IMG/VR virus record: IMGVR_UViG_3300020045_013646
Location: 1 to 42,225 of that record
Direction: 5' to 3' (one strand)
Length of the DNA: 42,225 nt
From: a virus
Taxonomy: Duplodnaviria > Caudoviricetes
Shown piece after piece: positions 15,306-26,572 of this stretch. How positions within the stretch are numbered: the stretch's first letter is position 1; every line of letters starts with the position of its first letter. The notes below the pieces were generated by a model. The model worked only from the letters and a program-made list of their open reading frames with translations. It was not told where the DNA came from and made no database searches. The position numbers and the translations under genes are program-made.

Positions 15306-17489
15306 TTAAGTTGGCTCTCCATATTGGATTGTAAATGTCAGATCAATGACACGAGTTGAGGTCTTATGGATGCCATCAACTGTATAATCTGCTGTTATAG
15401 AACATGTGTATCTGTAGTCTGCTGTAATGGCAACATTGAGAGCCGGAGCAGTATTAAACGTGATCGTCGTACCAACCAGAGTGTAGTCGGTTGTGGTGGC
15501 ACCATCTAGTTTAACCACCAACGTACCATTGATTGGTGTATGGTCCAGATCGAACGTTAGATCAGAGCCGTCTCCGGTACCAACAGCTTCTGCGGTGATT
15601 AGGCCGGGGGGAATTGTAAAGGTGATTTTGGTATTTGCTGGTGTGCCCATAAATAATTTTCCTGTTCCTAAGTTATTATATGTCCCACCAAAATATATAT
15701 GTCTTGGCGATACTGAAATCGTATTAGTACCAGCTGAACTTATTGGAACTGATAATCTCGCATCTTCGGTCCAAACCGCGTCTATCAATTGATATACTTT
15801 TGTATACGGTGTTCCAGTTGTAAAAACCACAAATAATCCATCTTTAGCTATACTTGCTTCTTGCGAAATAGTAGGGCTTCCAGACATTAAAGTATAAATG
15901 CTGCCATTCCATTCATAAATACCAGAACCACCATAACCTGAACAAATAACCATTTTGGATCCATCATAAGATAGCCCTCCTGGAGCTGCTTGAGTTGAAC
16001 CAAAATATCCACGTCCAGACCAAGTTGATCCGTTCCATCCTACAATATAGACATTATTTGAGGCGGGGTTAAGTTGCATAACCAGGCCATTACCAGATAG
16101 TTTAATATTACTCCATGTACTTCCTGGTGATAGTCCTGTATTTGCTCTTTTGACAAAAACACTTCCGTTCCAGTCATAACAAGTAAAATAAGGCGAATTA
16201 TTATGTGTTAATACCACAACCGATTTATCATCGGATAAGCCTATGCTAGTTCCGCTACCACTTGGAAGGTCTACTGGATCTGGTCGTGCTGTCCATGTTC
16301 CAACAGCATAGTCATATATCCGAAAATATGGAGTAGCTGAGCATGCCATTGCTAAGGTGTCACCATCCCCCGACAAGGCAATTTTACCATTACTCACTGG
16401 CCATTCTGGTGCTGAACGCAAGTAATACAAACCATCAAGTAAATCATAAATTTCAACATATGGAGCGACATTTCGACCAATCGCAAGCACCGTCCCGTCG
16501 TCCGAAAAACGTGAGGAAGTAATCTGCGGAATCTGTAAAGAATAATCACTTCCCATCTGTAGGAAGCTCGAGTTTATAATGGTCTTTGTAATATTGGTGT
16601 CTTGAGCGCCGTCAACCTTAACCACCACGGAACTCTGTCGTACATTGCGACTTGGTAATACAAAATCTTCAATTATACCATTTCCAGATCCAACAGAAAC
16701 TCCTGATAAATCAAGACCAGCATATATACCACTTGCTGGTAAAACTAATCGAGCAATTTCCGCAAACTTGAATTCTTGGATATCTCCATTACCATCATTG
16801 ACATTAAATTTTGGTGTCGCTAGAGTTCGGCGTTTATTCGCTACGTCTGCCGTCCATGTTCCTGCAATTGATGTACTTCCAAGAGATGCGGATAATAGTC
16901 CTAACGGATATTGTTTGGCAACTCCACATTGTCCAGCGACAACAACCGCATCTGTTCCACCCTCTCCCAATATCTGGCGAATCAATCCATTCCGATTTGC
17001 ACTCAGCATATTTAATGTAGGATGTGTATCGTCGATTGTAGCATAGAGTGTCGCATAAATCGTCAGAATATCAACTTCCGTCTTAAGAATACTAATCGGA
17101 TTTCCATTCATATCTCGTAGCATAGCATGTGTAACCAATGATGTAGTTACGTCGGTATTTGAGATTCCAACTTCCGTGATAGTTATACCATTTGCTTCAG
17201 TTACTCCTAATTCAATACTTTTCCGAAGTAAAGATGTTGGATTTGCGTATGTTCTATCAACCAACGTGGTTTGAAATTTATAACCAATATAGTGAAAAAG
17301 TGTTGTTCGACTAGCGTCTAGGGTTCCCGTTCCATCTCCATATTGAATAGCATAAAATGGTGGTGATCCTGCACAGAGAACCGTCCACATCTTATTTAAA
17401 ATAATATTCTCAGCATAAGCAACTTGTATGTTATTCTTAAAAATATCAAAACGGTTATGAATAATTGGTGCTTTTATTTTGATGTTCAT
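15306..17489 (-). CDS. putative receptor-binding tail protein with beta-propeller
   Basis: N-terminal EANGITITEVG..HA; repeats ending xSxDGxxL, YDW. Confidence 0.7.
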   Translation of the reverse strand: MNIKIKAPIIHNRFDIFKNNIQVAYAENIILNKMWTVLCAGSPPFYAIQYGDGTGTLDASRTTLFHYIGYKFQTTLVDRTYANPTSLLRKSIELGVTEANGITITEVGISNTDVTTSLVTHAMLRDMNGNPISILKTEVDILTIYATLYATIDDTHPTLNMLSANRNGLIRQILGEGGTDAVVVAGQCGVAKQYPLGLLSASLGSTSIAGTWTADVANKRRTLATPKFNVNDGNGDIQEFKFAEIARLVLPASGIYAGLDLSGVSVGSGNGIIEDFVLPSRNVRQSSVVVKVDGAQDTNITKTIINSSFLQMGSDYSLQIPQITSSRFSDDGTVLAIGRNVAPYVEIYDLLDGLYYLRSAPEWPVSNGKIALSGDGDTLAMACSATPYFRIYDYAVGTWTARPDPVDLPSGSGTSIGLSDDKSVVVLTHNNSPYFTCYDWNGSVFVKRANTGLSPGSTWSNIKLSGNGLVMQLNPASNNVYIVGWNGSTWSGRGYFGSTQAAPGGLSYDGSKMVICSGYGGSGIYEWNGSIYTLMSGSPTISQEASIAKDGLFVVFTTGTPYTKVYQLIDAVWTEDARLSVPISSAGTNTISVSPRHIYFGGTYNNLGTGKLFMGTPANTKITFTIPPGLITAEAVGTGDGSDLTFDLDHTPINGTLVVKLDGATTTDYTLVGTTITFNTAPALNVAITADYRYTCSITADYTVDGIHKTSTRVIDLTFTIQYGEPT

Positions 17490-17500
17490 TGTTTACCTCC

Positions 17501-19876
17501 TTATAGCGGCAATCCGCCAACGTTTGTTATAGTAATTGTTGCTGCATATAAGCCAGCTGTCAAATATTCATCGCCATTTTGTCCGATCTTAAATGTAACA
17601 TCAAACACGTTTATGGTTGCCGTATTTATTCCAGCTGTAATATACTCGGGATCGTTCGGTTTAAACCATAGTGGATTGACAACTGGTATGAAGTCTTCGC
17701 TGAACGAAGAAACTGGGGAATTACCAACTCCAATTAACCCGTTAGTATAAAGAACGTTGATGTTCCCCTGTGGATGCTTCAGCCGTCCTGCATAACTTAG
17801 ATTAATTTGGACTTGATACTCAGATTCCTGTTCAACAATTGTATAGCCTAATGTCAGCAATTTTGGTGTCTTTATTACATCAATTGTTGATAGATATGCC
17901 TTAATATAAAGATTTTTACCAGAGGACAAAGCCTCTAATCCAGGTATTGCTCCTCCATTTGTTGCTATCTGAAAATCTGTTTCTTCAGGAACGGTGTCAA
18001 CAATTGCTACTTTGATAACTAATGTTGTATCAAGCGGCACCTCCTCCGTCCAATTTATCTCAGAGGATTCAGGATCGGCGATCATTGTTGGCAATACAAA
18101 AGCACCAAGTGTCGCTGTGCCTTCTGGCAAATAATCGGCACCATTTACCATCACCAGGGTTCCATCTGTTGTAAAAGTGTGAATAGTATAGATCCCATTT
18201 GTTGTTTTAGTACCACCAGTACATTCACCAAAGGCGGATGTTACATAACGAATAATGACAATACCAGAGCCACCATCACCGCCAATACCGACTCCACTGT
18301 TTGCACCAGCACCGCCACCGCCACCAGTATTTGGTGTTCCCGAGACGCCTGCCGTAGAGCCAAGATTTGCCGCTCCTCCCCCATGAGTTGCTGTGCCTTG
18401 GGTGCCGCTTCGCATGGACCCTCCTCCACCACCAGCATAGCCAATAGTCGATCCAGAAATATCATTATTAACACCAGCTCCACCAGCACCGCCATAACTT
18501 GTCGTACCATTTTGGCCAACGGAACCAGCACCACCGCCACCGCCACCCATATAAGGCGCTGAGGCAACCGCACTTCCACCAGCATATCCTTGACCAGCTG
18601 TTCCGCTTCCTGGTGTTAGTTGCCAACAAAAGCCACCACCACCAGAACCACCATTCTCTGGTGGAATTGGACTACCTCCTTCGGCACCACCGTGCCCACC
18701 ACCAATGGCTGTTAAATCATTAAATATGGAGTTTCCACCATTTTGTCCATGATAACTATTGGCACTTTTTGCTCCAGCACCACCATTTCCGATAGTAACT
18801 GGGTAACTTCCTGGGGCGATTGAATAGTTGTTATTTGAAAGTAATCCACCAGCACCACCGCCACCGCCTTCCCAGCCACCGCCGCCACCGCCGCCACCTG
18901 CAATAACTAATACTTGGAGTGTCGGCATAGCAACTAGTAAGTCATAGGCTGCCTGAATAGCAATTGTTTCTTGTGTAAGAACTTCGTTTGTATCTTCGGC
19001 AGTCAAAGTTAAATCACAAAGAGCAATAGCTATTTCATATGCTGCATAACTATTAACGGTATAAACACCGTTATTATTCAAGGGAAGAAGACCAATTATT
19101 GCACAATAAGCCGAATAATAAGGGTTTGCACTCGTTAGAATAAGTGTATCACTTGAGGTAAATGTATGGATTGTCTCTGAACCGACTACTGTTTTTGTGC
19201 CACCAGAACTATCATTACCAAACACTCCTGTTGCATAAGAAACAATGACAATACCAGAACCACCAGCACCACCAGATTGACTTGATCCTTTATTAGCGCC
19301 ATTACCACCGTTGCCAGTATTTGGCGTTCCAGCGACACCAGCGTTTATATTATTTGATGTGCCTTGACCATACCCACCTTCAGCATATGTAACTGCCGAA
19401 CCGGTTATATCATTTGAAATTCCAATTCCACGCGTACGTCCAGATCCAGCTCCACCAGCACCGCCTCCACCGCCACCAACAAAACTACCACCAGCTGGAT
19501 CGTTTTTTGTACCGCCAGAATAACCTTGACCAGAAATTCCAGTTCCTGCGGCACCACCAGCAGATCCAGACGCACCACCACCAGAACCACCGTTGGAAAT
19601 AGTTGTATTATTATCATCGGCGTCTCTACCAGCGCCACCACCATAAGTTACCAGTGTGTCAAAGGATGAATCAGTACCTTTTGCCCCTACACTTCCTTGA
19701 GCACCACCGGCACCACCAGAGCCAACTACTATTGGATAGCTACCTTCGAAAAGCGGATAAAGGGCATTATAAAGTAGACCACCAGCACCAGCACCACCGC
19801 CTCCTGTTACCGCATCACCAGAACTACCGCCACCGCCACCGCCACCAGCAACAATTAAATATTTCACGTTTGCCAT
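17501..19876 (-). CDS. glycine-rich tail fibre-like protein with duplicated Gly-rich domain
   Basis: Two YLxVAGGGGGG...GGSGIVI..Y...TIHTFT units. Confidence 0.75.
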   Translation of the reverse strand: MANVKYLIVAGGGGGGGSSGDAVTGGGGAGAGGLLYNALYPLFEGSYPIVVGSGGAGGAQGSVGAKGTDSSFDTLVTYGGGAGRDADDNNTTISNGGSGGGASGSAGGAAGTGISGQGYSGGTKNDPAGGSFVGGGGGGAGGAGSGRTRGIGISNDITGSAVTYAEGGYGQGTSNNINAGVAGTPNTGNGGNGANKGSSQSGGAGGSGIVIVSYATGVFGNDSSGGTKTVVGSETIHTFTSSDTLILTSANPYYSAYCAIIGLLPLNNNGVYTVNSYAAYEIAIALCDLTLTAEDTNEVLTQETIAIQAAYDLLVAMPTLQVLVIAGGGGGGGGWEGGGGGAGGLLSNNNYSIAPGSYPVTIGNGGAGAKSANSYHGQNGGNSIFNDLTAIGGGHGGAEGGSPIPPENGGSGGGGFCWQLTPGSGTAGQGYAGGSAVASAPYMGGGGGGAGSVGQNGTTSYGGAGGAGVNNDISGSTIGYAGGGGGSMRSGTQGTATHGGGAANLGSTAGVSGTPNTGGGGGAGANSGVGIGGDGGSGIVIIRYVTSAFGECTGGTKTTNGIYTIHTFTTDGTLVMVNGADYLPEGTATLGAFVLPTMIADPESSEINWTEEVPLDTTLVIKVAIVDTVPEETDFQIATNGGAIPGLEALSSGKNLYIKAYLSTIDVIKTPKLLTLGYTIVEQESEYQVQINLSYAGRLKHPQGNINVLYTNGLIGVGNSPVSSFSEDFIPVVNPLWFKPNDPEYITAGINTATINVFDVTFKIGQNGDEYLTAGLYAATITITNVGGLPL

Positions 19877-21435
19877 TATGTTACCACTCCCAATATAATA
19901 GACGATCCAGCAAGGGCTGTATCATCAAGTGTTGCATCTGTCAAATCGATCGCTATATCAGATATCTCGGGATCGGCATATGTAACGCTGTCTTTTGTAT
20001 ACGTTGTGGCGACCAACTCTCCTTCGGGCGAAGCAAATGGCTCAAATCCACTGACCGTAATACCAATTGCCGGATCAATAGAAATTATTGGACGATTAAA
20101 TGTTAGTATAATTGTTTGATTATCCGTATTGACCATACTCAACAAGACCGGAGCAGGAATAGATGTTGGCACCAGATTCTGTGGAAGGAAGGTAATTGTA
20201 TCCCCAGCGATAGACGCTCCATCTTTCCACTGTAATGTTCCAGGCGTGTAGTGGATTGTACATAGATCAGATGCATTGTTGAAATCTGCAAAGGTTAATA
20301 AAATACGGTTTGGATAATCCATATGAGCAACTGCTGAAGGATAGAAAGTTGTACCATAAGCATCAACAAGTTTAAAAGCTGCCACATTTGCTTCAACGTT
20401 AGCAACTGAATCTGTCCAACGAAGAATAATTTGCTTGCCCCACTCACCAGTACCATCATCCTGATTCCACGCATCTCTCATTGTAGAGGATACATCACCA
20501 AAAACCAAAATATTTGCATCATAAGCAGAGGATAGGATATACTCATCAGATGATTTATACTCATAAAAACCAATATCAATAACATCAATGCTTGCAGTAA
20601 CAACCCCAGCAGTAATATACTCTGGAAGAACAGCCATACCACTCCATGAACGAGCCGTTAACAGCATCTGAATATTTCCAGAAATCTCTGCAAGAAATCC
20701 AGTCCGATAATCCGCGGCTCTAAACAAGGAAATATTACTCACTGGTGGGACAAACTCTGTAATCTCGCGTTCATTCTCCCAAAGAAAAGAGCCATCCTCT
20801 TGCTCACAATAGTTCCGATAGTAAGCTTTTCCATCGGTCTTCGTATAGGCACAGATCATTCCCTGATCAGTTAAGATCTCGGAGACACTCTTCCATCCTC
20901 GTAACAATGAGCACTTAACAACATCGGCATTAGCCAGGGTCATCACTCCAACTTGATTTTGATAGAGTGGCAAAGTAAATCCAGAGTTCACCATCACAAT
21001 ATATGGCTCACCAAATGTAACTAATGACCAGATGGTCTCGGTATCAAAGTAAATGCCCGTACGATCGGTTATCAATTCAAAGCGTCCGTCAAAGTCACAG
21101 GCAACATCGCTAGCTGGACCAAGAGTATACTGATATGTAAACAACTCATCTGGCTGATGGACATAGGGAAGAGTTGCCACATGGGCTTGTCCATTCAGAA
21201 TGTAAGCCATAACAATCTCGGTAGGTTCCTGATTCTTATCTTCACGACGAATACAGATATCTAGAGGGCCTAAAGAATTCTCCGTACGTACCGTCTTAGG
21301 ATTAAGAAAACTACCCTGATTAAGATACTTAGCAGCCTTTTGGGCAATAATTGTCATCTTAGGTTCGGCATTATTACCGATAGTCTGCATTGCTTGGTTC
21401 ACTTTATCAAGTAGAATAGAGGGAATAGGTAACAT
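19876..21435 (-). CDS. minor tail protein
   Basis: 519 aa, downstream of the TMP, translationally coupled. Confidence 0.7.
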   Translation of the reverse strand: MLPIPSILLDKVNQAMQTIGNNAEPKMTIIAQKAAKYLNQGSFLNPKTVRTENSLGPLDICIRREDKNQEPTEIVMAYILNGQAHVATLPYVHQPDELFTYQYTLGPASDVACDFDGRFELITDRTGIYFDTETIWSLVTFGEPYIVMVNSGFTLPLYQNQVGVMTLANADVVKCSLLRGWKSVSEILTDQGMICAYTKTDGKAYYRNYCEQEDGSFLWENEREITEFVPPVSNISLFRAADYRTGFLAEISGNIQMLLTARSWSGMAVLPEYITAGVVTASIDVIDIGFYEYKSSDEYILSSAYDANILVFGDVSSTMRDAWNQDDGTGEWGKQIILRWTDSVANVEANVAAFKLVDAYGTTFYPSAVAHMDYPNRILLTFADFNNASDLCTIHYTPGTLQWKDGASIAGDTITFLPQNLVPTSIPAPVLLSMVNTDNQTIILTFNRPIISIDPAIGITVSGFEPFASPEGELVATTYTKDSVTYADPEISDIAIDLTDATLDDTALAGSSIILGVVT

Positions 21436-21785
21436 TACACTACCCCCTCTTCATCCACCATAAGTGTAAAGTTGACTGTGAACATCGGGTCCCAGGTATT
21501 AATAAGACGCTCATAACTTAATTCTCCATCAATAAGGCCTATGTAATACCGCCCATCAAAGACGACTTTGATTAGATCCATGGTACGTTTAATACCATCA
21601 AATACAAGTTTTTCAGCCATAGTAAGGTGGGCAGTAACGTCTAAAAGCGTGCCTGCCTCACCAATACTCTGGACATGATACTTACCATCAAGGGTACGAT
21701 TCTTAATCTCGATAACATCAGGACGAGAGAGTGCTGATGCAACTGCTGGGGTTAGGACATTATCATTTTTATCATAAATAGGCAT
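21435..21785 (-). CDS. distal tail-like protein
   Basis: NRTLDGKYHVQSIG; directly after the TMP. Confidence 0.6.
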   Translation of the reverse strand: MPIYDKNDNVLTPAVASALSRPDVIEIKNRTLDGKYHVQSIGEAGTLLDVTAHLTMAEKLVFDGIKRTMDLIKVVFDGRYYIGLIDGELSYERLINTWDPMFTVNFTLMVDEEGVV

Positions 21786-24700
21786 TAGCGACTCTCCCTT
21801 CTTAATAGATCTTTTATTGCTTTAGTAGCAATACCAATAATCTCACCTTTATCATTCGTCACTTGGATAGTTAGAATGCCGGAAAGATCCATGCTTGATT
21901 GAACCGGTTCGGGGGTAGGGTTAATCTGACTCCCATTTTGAAGTGTTCGTGAGATTGATGAAAGGAGTGGCTCTTGCCCGTAACTGCGGATTGATCCACC
22001 ATACGAACTAGCTCCTGCCATCGACATAACAGGGGTAAGGGTCCTCTCTCCAAGAGTTATGGCGGCCTTTTCTGCTAAGTATGCATACTTAATCAAGCCT
22101 TTGGCAAGGCCCTTATCTGAATTCATACCAACATCTTCGAACGCACCAGATGGAGAATTGATATCAAGGTTCTGATTGGCAGATCGAAGGGCGGCAGTGG
22201 CCATTGCTCCGGCTGCTTGCGCTGCCAAAGACACCTTCGAACGAATGCCCTCAATAAACCCATCAACCAGATTCTCTCCGGAGTCAACCCACTCACTACG
22301 CTTATCGTTAATAGTTATCAATGACTCTTTAATTGTTTCCCGGATAATCTTAACGATAGTTGATTGCTCTTGAATCAGTAATCCGTTCATTTCCATGAGC
22401 ATAAACCACAAAGCACTGACAATAATAGTTCCGGTTGTCTTAATATCTCCAGGTACTTCTTTGAGTTTGTTAACAACCTCCATAAGATTATCGTTAATAA
22501 GCGCTAATCCTTCACCCGTCTTAACTGCTCCATTACCAAAATCCCAAAGACCTTTACCACCGGCCATTAATCCAGGGCCAGCAAGACCAATTTTAACAGC
22601 CGCTTTGAGAAGATCGCCAGCATAGTCGGTAATATTCGAGAGTTTTGTCATATCGACTTCGCCCATGGCAGTTAAACCAGCAGCGAGAACAATGAGACCA
22701 ATACCGCCAATCAAGAAGCCAATACCACCAATAAGTGCGCCAGCGCCTAATAGGACCAAGGCTGCTCCAAGGATGACAAGACTTGCCGCAAAAGCAATAA
22801 TGGCAACGGATAGAACAAACATTCCAGGTGCAACTAAGACCAAACCAACGAGTGTCCCGAGAAGTAATAATAGAGCTGGAACGCCAGGTACAATTGTCAC
22901 CGTTAATGCAGCCAACCCCAACGATAGCAGGAACATGCCACCACCAACGGCAGCCAAACCAATACCCATAACAATTAGTGCTCCACCAAGAAGGGCCATG
23001 GCACCAACAAATGGTTGGAGAATAACTGCAGCAAGACCAAGGATGCCAAGCACAACGGCAACTGCCATCAATGATTTTGTGAGGGCCTCGATTGGAATAA
23101 TGGAGAGCATCCCCAGAACAACGGCCAGGCCAAACAAAGCAGCTGAGACAATCAGTATGGCAATAGCGCCGCCGATGGTGCCTTCCATAATACCCATAAG
23201 CGCCACAATTATACCCAAACTAATACCAAGAGCAAGTAACCCTTGAGTGAGTCTCACGGGGTCCATTGTACCCATGATGACTAGAGCATTGGCTAATACG
23301 ATGACTCCCATAGCAAGGGCAGCAAAGCCAGCACCACTCTTAACCATATCTTTGGGAAAGTAAAACAATGCGGTAGCAATGATACCAAGTGATACGCCCA
23401 AACCAACAAGTCCCTGTTCAAGAACGGCCGGTTTCATCTCACCAAGAACTGTAATAGCTTTGGTTAGTTTGCCCATCGCAGCGGAAATCATTAAAATACC
23501 GAGACCTGCCTTAATCATATTGCCATCTTTATTAATAATCTGTGTTATACCAGCAAACCCAACAAGGATAGAGCCGATCGTAAACATGCCTTGGACGAGG
23601 ACGTCGGGGTCCATATTACCAAAAGCCCGAACCGCTCCAGCTAGGGCCCCAATAGCGATGGCCATGATTAATAGGCTCGCAGCCTGTTTAATAAACCCGG
23701 CACCATCAAAGTTTCCAACCTTCAGAAAGATACCAAAACTAATAAGAATGGCAGCGACTCCTAAAAGACCCTGCCCCATCTGCTCAAGTTCCATTCGACC
23801 AAGCTTTTTCACAGCAAAAGTAAGAATAAGAATGGCCACAGCAAGGAGTAACATTGCGGTGCTAACTTTTCTTATCGTTTGAAAGCCTTCTTTTCCAGCT
23901 ATCTTTTCAAACGAGATCATAGCTACAAATAGTTCTGTAATTAATAGTGTAACAGCAGCTAAAGAACCTTTCAGATTATCTGGTTTAATTATGGACAACA
24001 GAAAAATGGATGCTGCTAGAATTGCGACAGCTGTGGCAATCTTCTTAAGAACATCTGCTTTAAGATTATTTTGATAGGCCTCGAGTGATCCACGAACCCC
24101 GTCAAAGATACCAGTGACACCTTTAACAAATGTACCGGCACTCTCGGCAAACCCTTTAATAATACTGACAATTTTAAGAACACCAATTAGAATAGCTGAT
24201 AGGAGTCCCCCCTCAAAGATCTTCATGATATCTTCTTTAGTCAGATTTTTAAGAATAGGCCCAATCTCTCCTCCAACCTTAGCAAGGAAATCTTTTAATT
24301 TAGTAAAGCTTTCACCAATAACCTGCCAAGCTACCTTTAAGAAGTTCTTGATTGGTGGCCATATTTTCTTTATGGTCTCCCAAGCAGCTGTAAAGAATTT
24401 ACCAATTCGCTCAAGTGGTTTGAATTCCAACTGAACGTCTTCAACAAAAGTGGTGACACCACTCACATCAGCTTTATTAAATAGATCAAAACTATTAATA
24501 AGATCAATAAAGGCTATACCAATACCATTAATAATATCAGCAATAAAGTCAGCGACTTTTTGGAATCCTTTATTAAAAGTATCGCCCTTCTTCAGTGCCT
24601 CGTCAAGAGCTACAACCCAATCTGCAACTCGAGCCAGAAGATCTCGAAACTCTTTACCAGCTGGCTTAAGTTTTTTAATCAGATAACCAATATTCTTAGC

Positions 24701-26029
24701 AATAGCAACCAAAATTTGACGACCGATACTGAGTGCCGCAAAGAACCCTTTTGATATCTTACCAATGTAATACATGGCCTCGATGCCAATAGTCAAACTC
24801 TCAATAAAGTATTTGAAGTTATTGGTGAGTCTGAGTATTTTGGCAACGCCCTCTTTGGGAAACATTTCTCGAAAGGATGCAGCAATTGGCGAGAGAACAA
24901 GATCTATTTTGTTTAGAATATTGGCTAAGGTCTCTAGGAGAACATCACGACCACCAAACTCTTTCCAAAATGCAAACATTTCATTTCTTGCATCTGTCAT
25001 TGGGGCAATCATTGCAGAAAATGATTTATTTAGACCAGTAAATAATTTAGTTGCTTCGTCTTTATTACCAAAGATCGTTTCCCATGTTTGTGCCCATCCA
25101 GAAGCGACCGACTCTTTCATAGTAGATAGTAATGATGTGAGGGTTCGAACTTCGCCAGCCTTTGTGGTGAGAGCTTTATCATTACCCAAGTCTGTCAGGA
25201 CGCCTTGTAAGACCTTACCAGTTACCCAGCCACTCTCTAATGTCTGTCTAAACGATTTTCCTTCTTTAAAAGCTGCTTCTTCGGCTTTTGTCCATGTTCC
25301 TAATGCTTTAGCTTTCTCTTTTAACCGATCTTCTAAGAGTGTTCCGCTTAGATTGGCGTTCTCAATGGACATATAATCCATAGATTTTAAGCCTGTACCA
25401 ATCGCTTGGGATATTTGATACATAGCCCCTTTGACTTGCTCAGCAGTTGAACCAGTAGCAGCACCAAGATTGGCAATACCCTTTACGGAAGCTACAGCAG
25501 GTTTTAAATCGACACCTTTTGCTGTAAACTTACCAATACTATCTGCCATCGCACCAAAGTTATATATAGTTAAATCGGAATAATCATTTAGTTCTTTTAA
25601 TGCCTTGTTTATCTCGTCGAGAGTGGTTCCTTTTTTCTCTGTGTTTGTCAGAATGACCGCAATTGAGTTTATCTTTTTCTCGTATTCGCTCATGCCATCT
25701 TTTAGCGGATCTACAGTTAAGGATTTAACAAATATCTTACCTGCATTTAGAGCAGAGTTAGCAATATTTGCTAGTGCAGTAACACCAATAACCCCAAGAG
25801 CTGAAAATTTGCTAGCTATCGACGATACACTACTCGCAAGACCACCAAGACCCATAGAAGATAGACCTTTTGCAGCGGTGCCTAAACTTCCTAAACTTTT
25901 GACCGATTTATCAAAAGTTAAAGACTTCTTAAGCTTATCAATTGTGCTGAGTGTCTTTTGAACTCCAGATTCAAACTGATTGTTATTAAACTGCATCTGT
26001 ACGACGCGTTCATCAACGTTTTTGCTCAT
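21785..26029 (-). CDS. tape measure protein
   Basis: 1414 aa; VDERVVQMQFNN N-terminus, SGWAQTW, INSPS C-terminus. Confidence 0.93.
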   Translation of the reverse strand: MSKNVDERVVQMQFNNNQFESGVQKTLSTIDKLKKSLTFDKSVKSLGSLGTAAKGLSSMGLGGLASSVSSIASKFSALGVIGVTALANIANSALNAGKIFVKSLTVDPLKDGMSEYEKKINSIAVILTNTEKKGTTLDEINKALKELNDYSDLTIYNFGAMADSIGKFTAKGVDLKPAVASVKGIANLGAATGSTAEQVKGAMYQISQAIGTGLKSMDYMSIENANLSGTLLEDRLKEKAKALGTWTKAEEAAFKEGKSFRQTLESGWVTGKVLQGVLTDLGNDKALTTKAGEVRTLTSLLSTMKESVASGWAQTWETIFGNKDEATKLFTGLNKSFSAMIAPMTDARNEMFAFWKEFGGRDVLLETLANILNKIDLVLSPIAASFREMFPKEGVAKILRLTNNFKYFIESLTIGIEAMYYIGKISKGFFAALSIGRQILVAIAKNIGYLIKKLKPAGKEFRDLLARVADWVVALDEALKKGDTFNKGFQKVADFIADIINGIGIAFIDLINSFDLFNKADVSGVTTFVEDVQLEFKPLERIGKFFTAAWETIKKIWPPIKNFLKVAWQVIGESFTKLKDFLAKVGGEIGPILKNLTKEDIMKIFEGGLLSAILIGVLKIVSIIKGFAESAGTFVKGVTGIFDGVRGSLEAYQNNLKADVLKKIATAVAILAASIFLLSIIKPDNLKGSLAAVTLLITELFVAMISFEKIAGKEGFQTIRKVSTAMLLLAVAILILTFAVKKLGRMELEQMGQGLLGVAAILISFGIFLKVGNFDGAGFIKQAASLLIMAIAIGALAGAVRAFGNMDPDVLVQGMFTIGSILVGFAGITQIINKDGNMIKAGLGILMISAAMGKLTKAITVLGEMKPAVLEQGLVGLGVSLGIIATALFYFPKDMVKSGAGFAALAMGVIVLANALVIMGTMDPVRLTQGLLALGISLGIIVALMGIMEGTIGGAIAILIVSAALFGLAVVLGMLSIIPIEALTKSLMAVAVVLGILGLAAVILQPFVGAMALLGGALIVMGIGLAAVGGGMFLLSLGLAALTVTIVPGVPALLLLLGTLVGLVLVAPGMFVLSVAIIAFAASLVILGAALVLLGAGALIGGIGFLIGGIGLIVLAAGLTAMGEVDMTKLSNITDYAGDLLKAAVKIGLAGPGLMAGGKGLWDFGNGAVKTGEGLALINDNLMEVVNKLKEVPGDIKTTGTIIVSALWFMLMEMNGLLIQEQSTIVKIIRETIKESLITINDKRSEWVDSGENLVDGFIEGIRSKVSLAAQAAGAMATAALRSANQNLDINSPSGAFEDVGMNSDKGLAKGLIKYAYLAEKAAITLGERTLTPVMSMAGASSYGGSIRSYGQEPLLSSISRTLQNGSQINPTPEPVQSSMDLSGILTIQVTNDKGEIIGIATKAIKDLLRRESR

Positions 26030-26403
26030 AGCCTAGTTATCTCCTTCCATGCATCATCGACTATATCATCGAAAAGTGGCTGGAGAGCAGGATTAATATA
26101 GTCCCGGCCCTCAACATATCCACCATTTCTTGTTCCATAGCCATATTGTAGTATAACGGCTATTTGCACGCCTTCATTAATGTTTGAGTTGGTCCAAAAA
26201 ATAGAAAGATTGTTATTTTTGACCACAACTTCATAATCCCAAGCATCAGCAGTATGACCGGTATCGATAGGCGTAGCCTGTTGCAAACGGATGACTCCAA
26301 GTTTACCATAGCGATCTAGGATCTTTTTATACTCAATTCTTTTTGCAAGGGTTAGAAAACGAGTAGTCTTTCTGAAGTCTCCTTTTTGCGAGATGCCAAA
26401 CAT
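26026..26403 (-). CDS. HK97 gp10-like tail completion protein
   Basis: ATPIDTG..A..W, ILQYGYGT..GRDYINPA. Confidence 0.8.
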   Translation of the reverse strand: MFGISQKGDFRKTTRFLTLAKRIEYKKILDRYGKLGVIRLQQATPIDTGHTADAWDYEVVVKNNNLSIFWTNSNINEGVQIAVILQYGYGTRNGGYVEGRDYINPALQPLFDDIVDDAWKEITRL

Positions 26404-26419
26404 ATCGATACCTCCTTCT

Positions 26420-26572
26420 TTATTTTGTCTTTAAAAGCTCTTCACACTGGACGGGGGTTTTCTCTTGACAATTCAAGTTGTGTGCCAAATCATACCCTTT
26501 AAAGCAAAAACAACCAGTTTCCTCTTTATCGTTTTCCCATTTGGCATGATTTAAACACTCATCACATTTCAA
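26420..26572 (-). CDS. 50-aa Cys-rich peptide (not in ORF track)
   Basis: TTG start after GGAGG: MKCDECLNHAKW...CFC...C...C. Confidence 0.55.
   Translation of the reverse strand: MKCDECLNHAKWENDKEETGCFCFKGYDLAHNLNCQEKTPVQCEELLKTK

Noticed and set aside
13713-21435. Diversity-generating retroelement targeting tail genes
   Set aside because: No reverse transcriptase and no TR/VR pair with adenine-specific differences seen
22176-25961. Plus-strand ORFs opposite the tape measure (and 30686-32182 opposite the capsid)
   Set aside because: Antisense shadows of strongly coding minus-strand genes, with no recognisable products
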